A stretch of 64,000 bases of DNA from Tubiluchus corallicola (GCA_030141605.1 JAQGDQ010000915.1:16814-80813); one strand, 5' to 3'; counted from the first letter of the stretch, positions 50,248-64,000 are shown. The notes: a model not told the origin generated them from the sequence alone. Numbers and translations are program-made.

Positions 50248-52299
50248 ATGGCAAACACACGACCATCCAGCAGTTACCGCATTTCTTACGACTCAAAACA
50301 AAACCAGAACGTGATAAAACTGCAGCCACTAAACACGCATCGTGACGTCACTTATGTTTTTGAAAAAAGTGAACCAAAACAGACACGACCGTCGATGCCA
50401 GCAGCACACAAACCTGTAAGATTTGATTCATACAACCCGGGCAGACCAGCAAGTTGTCCATGTTCGACTTACGTATTACAACGAAATGTTCACATGCCAC
50501 CGCAGACTAGGTTACCTGTGAACCACATGTCAAGGTCACCACTAGGTAATCTAAACGTCACACGCAACTTACAACCACAAGAATATGTGAAGCATCAAAT
50601 CCCAAGAATTAGTAGAGACGTTACTTACACTGTGCAACGGAGCGACCCTGTGAGATCACAACCACCAATAAGTAGTAGTGATGTGACGTATACGGTGCAG
50701 CGAAGTGACCCTGTGAGATCACAACCACCAATAAGTAGTAGTGATGTGACGTATACGGTGCAACGAAGTGACCCTGTGAGATCACAACCACCAATAAGTA
50801 GTAGTGATGTGACGTATACGGTGCAACGAAGTGACCCTGTGAGATCACAACCACCAATAAGTAGTAGTGATGTGACGTATACGGTGCAACGAAGTGACCC
50901 TGTGAGATCACAACCACCAATAAGTAGTAGTGATGTGACGTATGCTATGCAACGAAGCGACCCTGTGAGATCACAACCACCAATAAGTAGCAGTAATGTG
51001 ACTTACACTGTGCAACGGAGCGACCCTGTGAGATCACAACCACCAATAAGTAGTAGTGATGTGACGTATACTATGCAACGAAGTGACCCAGTGAGATCAC
51101 AACCACCAATAAGTAGTAGTAATGTGACGTATACGGTGCAACGGAGCGACCCTGTGAGATCACAACCACCAATAAGTAGTAATGTGACGTATACTATGCA
51201 ACGAAGCGACCCTGTGAGATCACAACCACCAATAAGTAGTAGTGATGTGACGTATACGGTGCAACGAAGCGACCCTGTGAGATCACAACCACCAATAAGT
51301 AGTAGTGATGTGACGTATACGGTGCAACGAAGTGACACTGTGAGATCACAACCACCAATAAGTAGTAGTAATGTGACGTATACTATGCAACGAAGCGACC
51401 CTGTGAGATCACAACCACCAATAAGTAGTAGGAATGTGACGTATACGGTGCAACGAAGCGACCCTGTGAGATCACAACCACCAATAAGTAGTAGTGATGT
51501 GACATACACAGTGCAACGAAGTAATGTGAGATCACAACCAGTAGTAAGTAGTACAGATGTTACTTATATGGTACACCGTAGTAGTCCTGTAAGATCACAG
51601 CCGCCAGTAAGTAGTAGTGACGTTACTTATACAGTACAAAGAAGTAGGCCTGTAGATTTACAGATGCCAGTAAGTAGTAATGACATTACTTATACGGTAC
51701 ATCGTAGTAGTCCTGTAAGATCACAGCCGCCAGTAAGTAGTAGTGACGTCACTTACACCTTACAACGAGAGAAACCTTTAATGTCACAACGACCAACAAC
51801 TGCTGATTGCCTTCATACATCGCCACGGCCACGTTGTGTGATGATGCAACCACCGTCAACAAGTAGTAGCAATGTTACTTATACAGTGCAACGAGGTAAC
51901 AATAATGTTAATACTACCTCACGGCTAAAGAAAGGTCTGAAATCATGTGAACGCAGTAACAGCTCGTTTCCGAAGAAACGTGTCAGTTGGCAGGAACTTC
52001 CTGAGGTTACTACGTATACTGTGGAACGAAGAGAGGCCGCAAGGCCAGTATTCCTGCCAGGTGTTTCACACTACCTCCAACCACTCGCTAATAAGCCTAG
52101 ACAACTTCGTAACACGTTCATACCGTCATGGCAAACTAGAAATAACGGATACAACCATTTACAGGCCAATGAAGCTATGATGGCAGGACTGCCGGCAACT
52201 AGTTGTGACGTCACTGGACCACTAAACTCCAACGGTAGTTGGCAATGCAGAGAAACTAATTACAATTATGAAGAAGAACCTGTATATTTTTGTGACTAG
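50248..52299 (+). CDS. Intronless 683-aa low-complexity protein with ~19 tandem 21-aa repeats (DVTYTVQRSDPVRSQPPISSS), a D-box and an RVxF-type motif
   Basis: A 2052-bp ORF with long non-repetitive N- and C-terminal parts. Repeat indels are whole codons and many variants are synonymous. Start context CAAATGG; AATAAA at 52333-52338. Confidence 0.85.
   Translation: MANTRPSSSYRISYDSKQNQNVIKLQPLNTHRDVTYVFEKSEPKQTRPSMPAAHKPVRFDSYNPGRPASCPCSTYVLQRNVHMPPQTRLPVNHMSRSPLGNLNVTRNLQPQEYVKHQIPRISRDVTYTVQRSDPVRSQPPISSSDVTYTVQRSDPVRSQPPISSSDVTYTVQRSDPVRSQPPISSSDVTYTVQRSDPVRSQPPISSSDVTYTVQRSDPVRSQPPISSSDVTYAMQRSDPVRSQPPISSSNVTYTVQRSDPVRSQPPISSSDVTYTMQRSDPVRSQPPISSSNVTYTVQRSDPVRSQPPISSNVTYTMQRSDPVRSQPPISSSDVTYTVQRSDPVRSQPPISSSDVTYTVQRSDTVRSQPPISSSNVTYTMQRSDPVRSQPPISSRNVTYTVQRSDPVRSQPPISSSDVTYTVQRSNVRSQPVVSSTDVTYMVHRSSPVRSQPPVSSSDVTYTVQRSRPVDLQMPVSSNDITYTVHRSSPVRSQPPVSSSDVTYTLQREKPLMSQRPTTADCLHTSPRPRCVMMQPPSTSSSNVTYTVQRGNNNVNTTSRLKKGLKSCERSNSSFPKKRVSWQELPEVTTYTVERREAARPVFLPGVSHYLQPLANKPRQLRNTFIPSWQTRNNGYNHLQANEAMMAGLPATSCDVTGPLNSNGSWQCRETNYNYEEEPVYFCD
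50617..51790 (+). repeat. 63-bp coding minisatellite
   Basis: Unit GATGTGACGTATACGGTGCAACGAAGTGACCCTGTGAGATCACAACCACCAATAAGTAGTAGT. Confidence 0.97.
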
Positions 52300-55200
52300 A
52301 TTGTGAAAAATCTATATTTGTGAAAAATGTAAAATAAAACAAAATGTGTTTTCTATTGGTGTTTTTACATAAGTAAACATACTCATTTAAAATGCATTGA
52401 GACTGCGTATTTCTTTAGATGTTTCATTGCGTGTTTAGTTCATATTATCTAGCTTTAACTCGCATGCATTTGAAAAATATCAAACTATTGCTCAATTTTC
52501 GCAAAATGAGTTTTGCAACTTGTTACGCCTGCAAGGTTTGACGATGCCATTACTCAGGCATGATGAAGCAGCAACCTTAAACAAATACGAGTTTCTCTCT
52601 TACTCACCGACGATCCATTTCAGCACTGAACTTTTGGTAAATGTGAGACAAGACGAAGATGGAAGAAATGCTGTCATCAAAAAAGCTTCAGGTACGGAAT
52701 GGAAGCACTGTAAACTTTCTAGTGGGGTTCAGAACAGTCAAAGGCCCAACAAGTGCTCTAACCTGTGCTTTCACGAATTTGAGAGCATTTTCGTGCCATG
52801 AAATTTGCGAGAAATTTCGTGAAACATTTTTTAGTTTTTGTCTAATTTCTCACATGAAATGCAAATGAATACAACATCAGTATGGATGGAATGAATGGAA
52901 ACTAAGAATAATAAAGTAGAAAGCTGATGCAGGAAGCTACACCCCACCCCCACCCCCAGCTTATCAAGTTCTACCTTTTCCTGGAAACCAAGAATAAGGT
53001 TTTGACCTTGGTACTAGAGGTATCTGCAGCAGGATCTAATAGAAGTCACACTAGATGCTTGATGAAAAACTTAAATAACCGACATATTTTCCTTCAAAAA
53101 ATGACTGTAAGAAATTCGTCAGAAAAAATTAAAATCAGCAAGTAAAATCTTAATTTGGGTATGTAGTAATCAAGAGTCCACTGTTGTTAAAAGTTTTTCC
53201 TGGACAGAAACTTTATTCTTAAGACAAACCAAAAAACTGGAAACCTGTAACTATTCTTAGTGTGTAAATGATTAAATATTTATGACATTTAATTAATAAT
53301 GAATTCGTCTAAACACCCAACAATTATATCAACCATAAAATTACCATACCCTATTAGTTTTCATTCTTTGCATTTTTATTACTGTTTTCTTTATGTCAAC
53401 CCAGTAATGGAGAAGATGAAATAATACCATAAATTTAGTGAGAGATATACTACAAGAAAAAGAAAAATTGTTTTGCTAAAAGCAAATTGCAGTTTTCTAA
53501 CAGTTACTGGTCTAGAAGAGAAAAAGAATATTAAACAATACAGTACAGCAAAGGGAAGACAGTTGTATTGTCAGTACTCGGAAAAGAGGGGAGCCTCCCT
53601 CCATGCTTGGCCCGTATTCGACTGGAGACGTTATTGGACCACACAGAAGCCCATAGCTTATCAAATGAGCCACAGCCAGGCGTGAGCTTCGGTAAGGCGG
53701 TTAGCACGGGGAAGATTACCCCTAACGAAGTCGGTAGAGAAAATATTAAGGTCAAATGCTGATCGCGTAAACTAAGCTAACTTATTAGACCTTAACGATG
53801 TCTGCCTATAGTGTAAAGGGCCAAGAGTTATCGAACTACGAGGAGTTTACTAAACAAGCTGTTGTTGTTGTTGCTGCTGCTGCTGCTGCTGCTGTTGCTG
53901 CCGCCGTGGCTACTGCTACCGTTACCGCCGTGGCTGCTGCTGCTGCTACTGCATGTAACTCCTCTATATATTTTAAACTATAAATTCTAAACTCTAAATT
54001 CCATTTTGCCCACTTAAGTCCATTCCACTTAAATCGTCAAAACCAAATATAAAAGGGGAAAAAGAAGCACTGTGGACAAAAGGACAAAAAAGACTACTTT
54101 CGTAAACATTTTTATGGCTAGTCACCGTTACCTACTAATCATACATTAGGTTAATGGCACTAAAAGCGTCTGTCGTAGGGCAAGGTCGTACTAACACTTA
54201 TTCAGCACTACCTGTCTTCAAGTTCAAGTCCAAATCAGCAGTCTGACCGCCACTCAAAGGTGACAAAGCTACTGGTAAGCAGAGAACGCAGACACCACAA
54301 CCAACGTTACGATGTGATTCTATTATAAGTTTCTAACAATATAATTTAATCAAGCAATTTAATCTAGCATTCTATAATTATTTGTTTTTTTGTATTTTTA
54401 CAAACATGCATTTCCTGAAAGTGTTTAAAACGAAGCCAGCCTTAGTCATGTGACCTAAGCTTTAGTAGTATACGCCACTTATCAATCACAGTTGTTTTTA
54501 CATGTAGTTAGATTTTCTATTGCCGCTATGCTGATCATGCCGTTTGGTGATACTTGCATTGCTTTGTCTATTTTGTTACAATTTAACAGTCACTAGTTGT
54601 ATTTTCAAGCCAAAGTTGTCACCAGTAAATGTAAATCACCATCTACTTTAATAATTAGTTAATAGTTTAAATTGGTTAGAATTGCTTCAAATCTCTAGAA
54701 TCATAAGTAATAATTTGTGTTTCAGTCTTCTTGAATCTAATTTTTTATTTTGTCTAAATAGTAATAACCTTTAGCATGTTCTTAAGCACTTTTTGTGATC
54801 CGTTATTTTAATAAATTGCAGGTCTATCGCGCAGTTCAATACTGATTTTTGCCGTTTCTTTGCCTGGACTGGGCGCATCCACACAATATAATAAAAGTAT
54901 CAAAAATGTTTCCTTGTTCAATTATTTTATCGCATAAGTGACGGCGTCTTCAAGACAAGTTGACCTACCAGCTTCTTAAGTCAAGGAGACGCAGTGCATC
55001 TAAAACAAAAACTAATTAAACGGCAACATTAATTAATTCATCACAACCATTGAAATGAATCAATTAGCAACCGCAGCGGCTCCTGTACAATATCGCCAAG
55101 CAATTGATCAAAGTGGTTAGCGAGCGAAAGGGTTGAGAAAAGAGAGTAATTAATTTATCTTAAGCTGAAAACTTCTGAAGACGATGATGGTAAAGCGTTT

Positions 55201-55755
55201 GTTGCAGCTCTCGCTATTTTAGCAAACTACTCGAATGACGAAAACGATACGGTGACGATGTAGTAAGATCGCCGCACTTTACTCAGCTGAGTAACTAAAT
55301 TAGTTGAGTTTATGATCAAACTTAAATTAACTTTTATGTTCAAGTTGAATTTGCAACCTGTTACTCAGATTAGACAATCTGATATTAAAACTGGGTGACC
55401 AAGTTACGTTGCTTCCTCAGCTTCATAGCCTAAACTATTTAAACCTTACCGGCAATGCGCATAGTTCAAGCGGAAAAACTAATCAAATACTCAAATTGAG
55501 TAATCAACACATTCATTTTCACGGTCCTCAGTTTGAGTACTCAACATTTGAGTAATAAAACAAACAGAATCACGTTCTCAAGACAATGAACGTGAGTAAA
55601 CAACACACTTAACACTTAGTTACTCAACTTGACTAACTATCACAGTCATACTCAGTCAGATTGAGTAACCAATGAACACATGCATTCTCGAGCTTTTCAA
55701 ACTGAGTATTCAAAATACTCGTGGTTCGGGCAATGAAACAGTGTACTCGTGTTAA

Positions 55756-56294
55756 AGGAAAACTGGACACATTCTTAAACTATACCTCAAAACAATGTAT
55801 CCTATGAAACATTGAAAGAAGACATACTATTTTTCAAGAATGACTTACGTGCAAGCATTATAAACAGAGAAACGTAATTCGTGTTCACGCGTTTGGTTCT
55901 CCGCTGTTATATGCACTTCGCCATGCGCTAGTTAGATGGGTATTAGCACCTGCATCTCTGAAACGAATTGAACAAAAAACAGGTGCTCCAGTTCAGAGAT
56001 GTTCAGTTGTGGCGTAGTGCACACGTTCGAAACCTCAGGCCTGCGGACTGCGGTAAACTTAAAATCTGTAGCGTTTTGTATATCACACTGACTGTTGTAC
56101 AATAGTGGTCGTGGGATGTTTGTGCTGTTGAAAATTATGTTTACTTGTGATGTCTTCACTATAGCTGAGCTTGGTCGTTATTAGTTAAATTTTTAAACTA
56201 CTATTTAATTACCAGAAACGCTTTGGCATTATTATAGGTAAAATGAATAATTTTTATCGCAGTTCAAAATGGGGTAGGACATAAAAAATCATCC
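55756..56294 (-). mobile_element. Kolobok/T2-type MITE, family A, diverged copy with one end replaced by (ATGCT)n(ATACC)n
   Basis: Starts TTAA|AGGAAAACTGGAC; reverse complement of 12814-13401. The pentamer microsatellite spans 56298-56397. Confidence 0.8.
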
Positions 56295-58085
56295 ATTATG
56301 CTATGCTATGCTATACCATACCATACCATACCATACCATACCATACCATACCATACCATACCATACCATACTATACCATACGATACTATACTATACTAGA
56401 AAAAATTTTATACTTGAAATGCTTGAGGTTTGGGTTCGAGTCCCGCTGTGATACTTTTTGTAGTAAAAAACTACAAACCTTTGAGATTTTGAGCATTTTC
56501 AGAATGCTAAATTTGAATAACTTAGTTACAATAACAATGTGCAGGCTTCTTAATCCTAACTATTCTTGATTCATAATAACAGTTATTATGATAGAAAATT
56601 TACAGGCAGCAACAAAACCAGAAACCAATAAAACTGTCATTAAGGAGACTGTGAATGAAGTCATTCAATTCGATGCAGTTCATTTTTCTTGCATTCTCTA
56701 CGCCAACACAAAGCCAGCTCCAAGAATAAATGAGCACGTCCACTAGATAAAATGAAATTTATTGAATAGTAACTCACCTATTGCAGAAGTAATAATCCAC
56801 GTCGCAAGAAATGGCCAAACAAATGATGAAGCCATTGAAGGAATTTCCAGCCACTTCGCTTTTATTACGACGTTTTCGATTAATTTTCGGTCATTTTCCA
56901 CAACTAATCAGACTACTGTGGACAGGGTTCAGGTTTATGTGACCATCAAATGGTTTGGCGTAATGATGAACTACATATGTAAGAGCGACAATGGTTCTAA
57001 TTCGATTACAGGTCTCTGAGCGTAGGCAGCGAAACCACAATTAATGCCACCACTCGAGCAATTGAAACGTGCTATGAACAATCACCAAAAATTTAACCAC
57101 GTAATATAAATAGTTGCTTCAGTTTGGTGCTCAGCTTTGGATTGTGTTCCGGACAGAGTTCGTGTACTTACATCTTTCAATTCGATGTGCAAATAACAAC
57201 CTCGTACAATTGCACTTCTGTTAACACATTCGCAGGTTTTACGAGCAGCGATTCGTTCTGCTGTGTGTGCAAAACCGCTCACTGACTTTGAGACGACCTA
57301 GCTTTTACAGCTTCTCCCGATAGCAGCTACGCGCGTTTAACTCTTTCTCCTTTTGATCTGGAATACATATGTACAATTGCACATGATAGGAGTATCTGTG
57401 TGATAAAGAGGCACTACATACTACAATTTCAAGTTCTGTGCTTCTTACAGTTGATAAATTCCTCGCGTTTTTTCCTTAGCAGGGTGTCAGGTTGGTAAAA
57501 AAAATCAATTTGGAAATGCTGTACAAGAACGACCATTTTGATACAGGAAGTACGTAGTGTTTGTACTGTACCTGCTCCAATCACTGCTAAAGTTTATACT
57601 GTCTATGTATTAGTAGAAATTGAAACTTTTTGTCTTACATTGAAAAGTTCGCCCCAAAGCCAATAATTCCTTAATGTTTTTTATGAGCATAGACACGCAT
57701 ATTTCAAGAACTATGCTTTAAAATGAAATTTAAATGTCAACCATTTTACGTATGAAAAGCGTTAATATACCTACTTGCAAATAATACCATGTTTTTAGAT
57801 AAAACGCATAAAAGTAAGAAAAATAAAGAAACAAGTTAAATGAACATAATGTAAAAGTCAGTCAGTTCTACATAAATAACGTCTAAGGTTTACCACTTCC
57901 TAAGTCAGTACATTCAATCTTATGACAATTAATAGACTCGAATTGTAACAATTATTTTCAGTATAATGGTAAATTAATCAATCAAGACATTTTGTGCAAT
58001 AATTAAAGTTGGGCCTAAATTCCTTTGCACTTGAAAGCGAAAAATACTACAACTACAAACTACTTGGACACTTAGCTGATTTATA

Positions 58086-58830
58086 TATCGGGCGGCACAG
58101 AAAAAATGCGCCGACGTTTGGACTAGAAACAAGTGCCGTACAAAGTTGATAGCCTACATTACAGTACATTAAGTTTTGGCTGCGAAAGTTACAAGTTTAT
58201 AGTTTTAGTGGCTTTTAAGTTACGGTCCAAAAACTTCTGCATGTTAAAAGTTAAAATGCTGGAACAATGTCAGCCGATCATCAACTGAAATACAGCCACA
58301 TTGTAGTAGAAAACATTCAGCACATGCAGTTAAATAATAAAGAAATCAACTTGTTTACATCATGGTCTCCACCACAGAGAATAAAGCACCGATAAAGATT
58401 TTTTGTCAAAAAATGGGACTGAATCGTCTAAATTACGGTATCTGGAATTTCCTTAAAGAGAAAGCGTACGATGGTCACTCAGAACGTTTGATGCAGAGAA
58501 ACTAAAGGCATAAATTATTGAGTTTTTGGACCGAATACCTAAAGTAAGAAACTGTGTCAGCTGTTGGAATAATTTACCTTCGTCTAATTTAGTGTTGAAA
58601 ATGGTGGGCACGCAAAGTACTTAATGTTGTAAATTTTCACAATAACAACACAATTTTTTTCCGGGATTTATTTTTACTTAATTTAAAATTTCTGCATTTT
58701 TTCTGACAAATCTAAAGGAATGACCTAAAATTTTTTGCTATTATACATCGGTAGCATCAATGTGGTAATTTTTGAGAGATTCCGTTATTTTCTTCTTAAA
58801 ATTTTGAGCATATTTTAGCGCCGCCTGATA
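58086..58830 (+). mobile_element. Internally deleted mariner-family transposon
   Basis: TA|TATCGGGCGGCAC ... GCGCCGCCTGATA|TA. Internal LNYGIWNFLKEKAY...VENGGH resembles a mariner transposase C-terminus. Confidence 0.85.
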
Positions 58831-60647
58831 TATCCGACGCGCTACTACTAGATGTGCACAATACAGACACAATAATAACACAGTTTAGATATGTTACAAA
58901 CCGTTAAAACTCTCACAGAATCTGTTTAATGAATCCTCTTCAACATAAAGGAAACGTGCGCTCATTAAACAAAGCCAACCGTGAATGACTCTCTCAAGTT
59001 TCTCTGTTTATCTCTAGCTATTTTGCAAACTGATCCAATTAAAACAATATTAACGTTGAAATTCTGCTTCGTTTTTGTTAATATTAATTTCTGCCATGAA
59101 TCAACTCACACCAGCAATGCTGACTAATAAATTTAATATCAGTAGACGAATCTACAGCATAAATCAAAAACATTTCAGTGAATTTTCTACGAATTAAATT
59201 TTAATGTGCTTTTTGCAGACAGATTTTAGATGAAAATCCGATTTGAGTAGTGAACGCCCTACTAAAACTTAGAAATTATTGTTGTTGCTCTATTTTTAAT
59301 AAGATCTGTTCAACGTTTCAACCCTTCTATGCTTTATAATTGCAAAGATCGTGACTAGAATCATTTTTGCAGGCATTCTGCTAGGAAACAGCTCGTGTTG
59401 CGAACAGTACATTGCACTAAACTGAATAAATCATAATACTTAACCTTGCTTGAAGGGCAAACTTAAATGCAGAAATATTTGCTAAGACGCGAATAAGACG
59501 GGATGTCCAAGTTTAATTAATGCAGAGAAAATCATGATTAAAATCTGACAGCCGAACGTGTCCGTCATTAAATGTCGATGATGAAACGTTGCAGCAAACT
59601 GGTGTTCGGGAAATATGAAACAATCCGCGCACAAGACTGTACTTCGCTTTTTCGGATTCTGTTCGTTTAATTGCTGCTCCGTTCCACCGCTATTTAAAAA
59701 CCAGTGTTACAAGTTCAGTGATTTGCAGTACGCGTTCATCTCACTAATAAGTCTGGCAAACAGAACAGCTGATTAATCATTCATCTCCACACATCAGTAT
59801 GCAAAGCATCGCACAAACATTCGTCACTGCGTGTTTAATGGAGAAATGCCAAGCATAATTTGCTTAGTCGAATGTCACTCAAGTTAATTCACATCTACAC
59901 GCGGTCCGGTCTTCAGAACACGATATCAAGCTACTTCTTGCGAAAGCGCGTATCCGATGAACACGTGAAATGTATCGAATCAATCTCGCCGGTCGTCTTG
60001 ATCGGTTGACGCCTGCGCAGTAACTTTTGCAGCACGTCACGATGTGAGTGGTGCGCGAGCGTTTGAAAAAAAATCTGTCTGTATCGGCAACCGATACAAA
60101 CAATTGTCGATTTCGATAATCCGTTTTCTTCAGTTTAATTGCCTATTGAAGCATCGAAATCGAACCAATTCGTTCAAACCTTAAACTCAAAAAATTCTTT
60201 CTGTTCTTATCAGTTCCGTTTGTCAAACCGAATTATTTAAATTTTAGGTTGGATTAAAAACAGGTTCCGATCAGTATACAGCACGTATTGACAACAACCA
60301 TCGCACATCAGCGCTATTACAATACAATAGCACAGCTGTTTGTACACGTTTGGCATTTTCATAATCACTTTTATCGACGCTTTTGACTAAGTGAACAGGT
60401 GAACAGTAAACAACTGAAAGGGCCCTTTTGAGGAGGTTGCAAAGGCGGATTTGGTAGGAGAGCATCGTTGTGTCATTGTCAATGCTTGTGAATCTTCATA
60501 GAAGAACACTTGTGAACAATTAAAAGCTCTACTTTATATCACTTCAAATATTGTAAACTAATTGTAAAATATTGTACCACCTTGAAATATCATAAACCTT
60601 GATATCGTGTTGAGTTAGTGCATTAACAAACTGTGTAGACATATATA

Positions 60648-61737
60648 ATTATACAGATAGAGACTTTTCAGCATACATTTCTACAGACGGAGACTTTTCA
60701 ACATACATTTATACAGATAGAGATTTCTCAACATACATTTATACAGACACAGACTTTTCGTCGTACATTTTTACAGACAGACTTTTCAACGTACATTTCT
60801 ACAGACACGGACTTTTCAACATACATTTATACAGACAGAGACTTTTCAACATACATTTATACAGACAGAGACTTTTCAACATACATTTATACAGACAGAG
60901 ACTTTTCAAATACATTTACAGACTTTTCAACATACATTACAGCAAGACTTTCAGACTTTTCGACGTACATTTATACAGACAGAGACTTTTCAACATACAT
61001 TTCTACAGACACAGACTTTTCAACATACATTTCTACAGGCACAGACTTTTCGACGTACATTTTTACAGACAGACTTTTCAACGTACATTTATACAGACAG
61101 AGACTTTTCAACATACATTTCTACAGACACAGACTTTTCGACGTACATTTATACAGACAGAGACTTTTCAACATACATTTCTACAGACACAGACTTTTCG
61201 TCGTACATTTTTACAGACAGACTTTTCAACGTACATTTCTACAGACACGGACTTTTCAACGTACATTTATACAGACAGAGACTTTTCAACGTACATTTAT
61301 ACAGACAGAGACTTTTCAACATACATCTATACAGACAGAGACTTTTCAACATACATTTCTACAGACACAGAGACTTTTCAACATACATCTATACAGACAG
61401 AGACTTTTCAACATACATTTATACAGACAGAGACTTTTCAACATACATTTATACAGACAGAGACTTTTAAACATACATTTATACAGATAGAGACTTTTCA
61501 ACATACATTTATACAGACAGAGACTTTTAAACATACATTTATACAGACAGAGACTTTTCAACATACATTTCTACAGATAGACTTTTCAACATACATCTAT
61601 ACAGACAGAGACTTTTCAACATACATTTATACAGACAGAGACTTTTCAACATACATTTATACAGACAGAGACTTTTCAACATACATTTATACAGACAGAG
61701 ATTTTTCAAAATACATTTATACAGACAGAGACTTTTC
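60648..61737 (+). repeat. 28-30-bp minisatellite (ATACATTTATACAGACAGAGACTTTTCAAC)
   Basis: Direct reading; roughly 35 copies. Confidence 0.97.
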
Positions 61738-61893
61738 AGAGCTGCTTTTCAGAAAGCCAGTTTAATTTAGAGCGGAGCAGTATGGTACCCTTGTTTTAAC
61801 TAGGTTCAAATTAAAAATACTCTAGACTAGTGATATGAACTTTTTATGCTGACAGAGTGACTAGAATGCATATTTTCTCTTTTATCAAGTCGT

Positions 61894-62646
<753 letters not shown>

Positions 62647-63125
62647 CAACTGTGGCATAGTATGTATTGTTAATTGCGCATTGTAATAACTAATTAATTA
62701 GTTACTTTTGATCGCACGTGCACTTCCCTAGTTGGACTAATGTGATTCGGTCATCGAGCATAGTTGTGCTATTCCCGAGATACATGGCTTTTGTAGCTTG
62801 TTAACTAAAATTATATTAGTCAATAAACGCAATTAAATTCAATTGATAAAGTTTGTAGTTCTGTCAATACTAGTGGTATATCAATTGAAAAAGTTTATAG
62901 TTTTGTGGTTTCAACAAATATGCTCTGATGTGTGGACCTTTGTATTTTGTACTTTTTGTAAATAATGTTTCAGTTTAATTACTGTGAACAGCACGAAACT
63001 CAAAACGAGATCTTATTTACTTTAGTTCACATCGCAAAAGTTTTGTGATGATTGTTTGTAAATTGTTTACCTTGTAGACAGCTGTAAATCTGTGTAGCAT
63101 ATTTGTTGTTAACAAACAGCTAAGT

Positions 63126-63742
63126 GTATGTTGAAAAGTCTCTGTCTGTATAAATGTATGTTGAAAAGTCTGTGTCTGTATAAATGCACGTTGAAAAGTC
63201 TGTGTCTGTATAAATGCACGTTAAAAAGTCTCTGTCTGTAGAAATGTACGTTGAAAAGTCTGTCTGTAAAAATGTACGTCGAAAAGTCTGTGCCTGTAGA
63301 AATGTATGTTGAAAAGTCTGTGTCTGTAGAAATGTATGTTGAAAAGTCTCTGTCTGTATAAATGTACGTCGAAAAGTCTGTGTCTGTAGAAATGTATGTT
63401 GAAAAGTCTCTGTCTGTATAAATGTACGTTGAAAAGTCTGTCTGTAAAAATGTACGTCGAAAAGTCTGTGCCTGTAGAAATGTATGTTGAAAAGTCTGTG
63501 TCTGTAGAAATGTATGTTGAAAAGTCTCTGTCTGTATAAATGTACGTCGAAAAGTCTGTGTCTGTAGAAATGTATGTTGAAAAGTCTCTGTCTGTATAAA
63601 AGTGAAAAGTCTGTCTGATAAATGTACGTTGAAAAGTCTGTCTGTATAAATGTACGTTGAAAAGTCTGTGTTTGTAGAAATTATGGTTGAAAAGTTCTTC
63701 TGTATAAATTACGTCGAAAAGTCTGTGTCTGTATAAATGTAT
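63126..63742 (-). repeat. Inverted array of the same 28-30-bp minisatellite
   Basis: GTTGAAAAGTCTCTGTCTGTATAAATGTAT units; shares the variant order, including CAGGCAC, with 60953-61200. Confidence 0.97.
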
Positions 63743-64000
63743 GGTATGGTATGGTATGGTATGGTATGGTATAGCATAGCATAGCATAATGGATAATTTT
63801 TCATGTCCTTTTTGATAATTTTTCATGATCCCATTTTTGAACTGCGATAAAATCGCTATTCATTTTACCTATAATAACGCCAAAGTTGCTTGTACTAAAT
63901 AGTAGCTAAAATTTAACTAATAACGACCAAGCTCAGTCATAGTGAAGACACTGGCAAACATAATTTCTCTAACAGTACAAATTGTCGTCAAGTTACAAAC
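63738..64000 (+). mobile_element. Inverted duplicate of the microsatellite-MITE junction at 56100-56370
   Basis: (GGTAT)n(AGCAT)nAATGGAT...CCATTTTTGAACTGCGATAAAA...TAACGACCAAGCTCAG is the reverse complement of 56150-56370. Confidence 0.85.

Noticed and set aside
50248-52299. Naming the repeat protein KNL1, Ki-67 or shugoshin
   Set aside because: No MELT repeats or RWD, FHA or coiled-coil domains; only short linear motifs are shared.

Overview
AT-rich, repeat-dense eukaryotic genomic DNA. It is most likely from an invertebrate animal, inferred from the TE repertoire, spliceosomal splice signals, microsatellites and little CpG depletion. Two protein-coding units are well supported. (1) A minus-strand exon at 3643-4032 encodes a small protein with a signal peptide, a KR site, a six-cysteine C-x13-CxxC-x14-CC-x8-C core resembling the CHH/ITP fold, and a GPI-type C-terminal signal. 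(2) An intronless 683-aa ORF at 50248-52299 encodes a disordered protein with ~19 tandem 21-aa repeats, a D-box and a PP1-docking RVxW motif, behind an RFX X-box. The best non-coding find is a nearly complete HDV-like (double-pseudoknot) self-cleaving ribozyme at 7865-8043 in an RTE-type 5' UTR. The rest is mobile and repetitive DNA: Kolobok/T2-type, hAT, piggyBac, mariner, Harbinger-like and Sola-like non-autonomous elements; RTE, CR1, L2 and RTEX-like LINE fragments; 5S-derived SINEs; many mini- and microsatellites; and several fold-back (inverted) duplications next to simple repeats. All calls were made by eye with no database searches, so family names are motif-based inferences.
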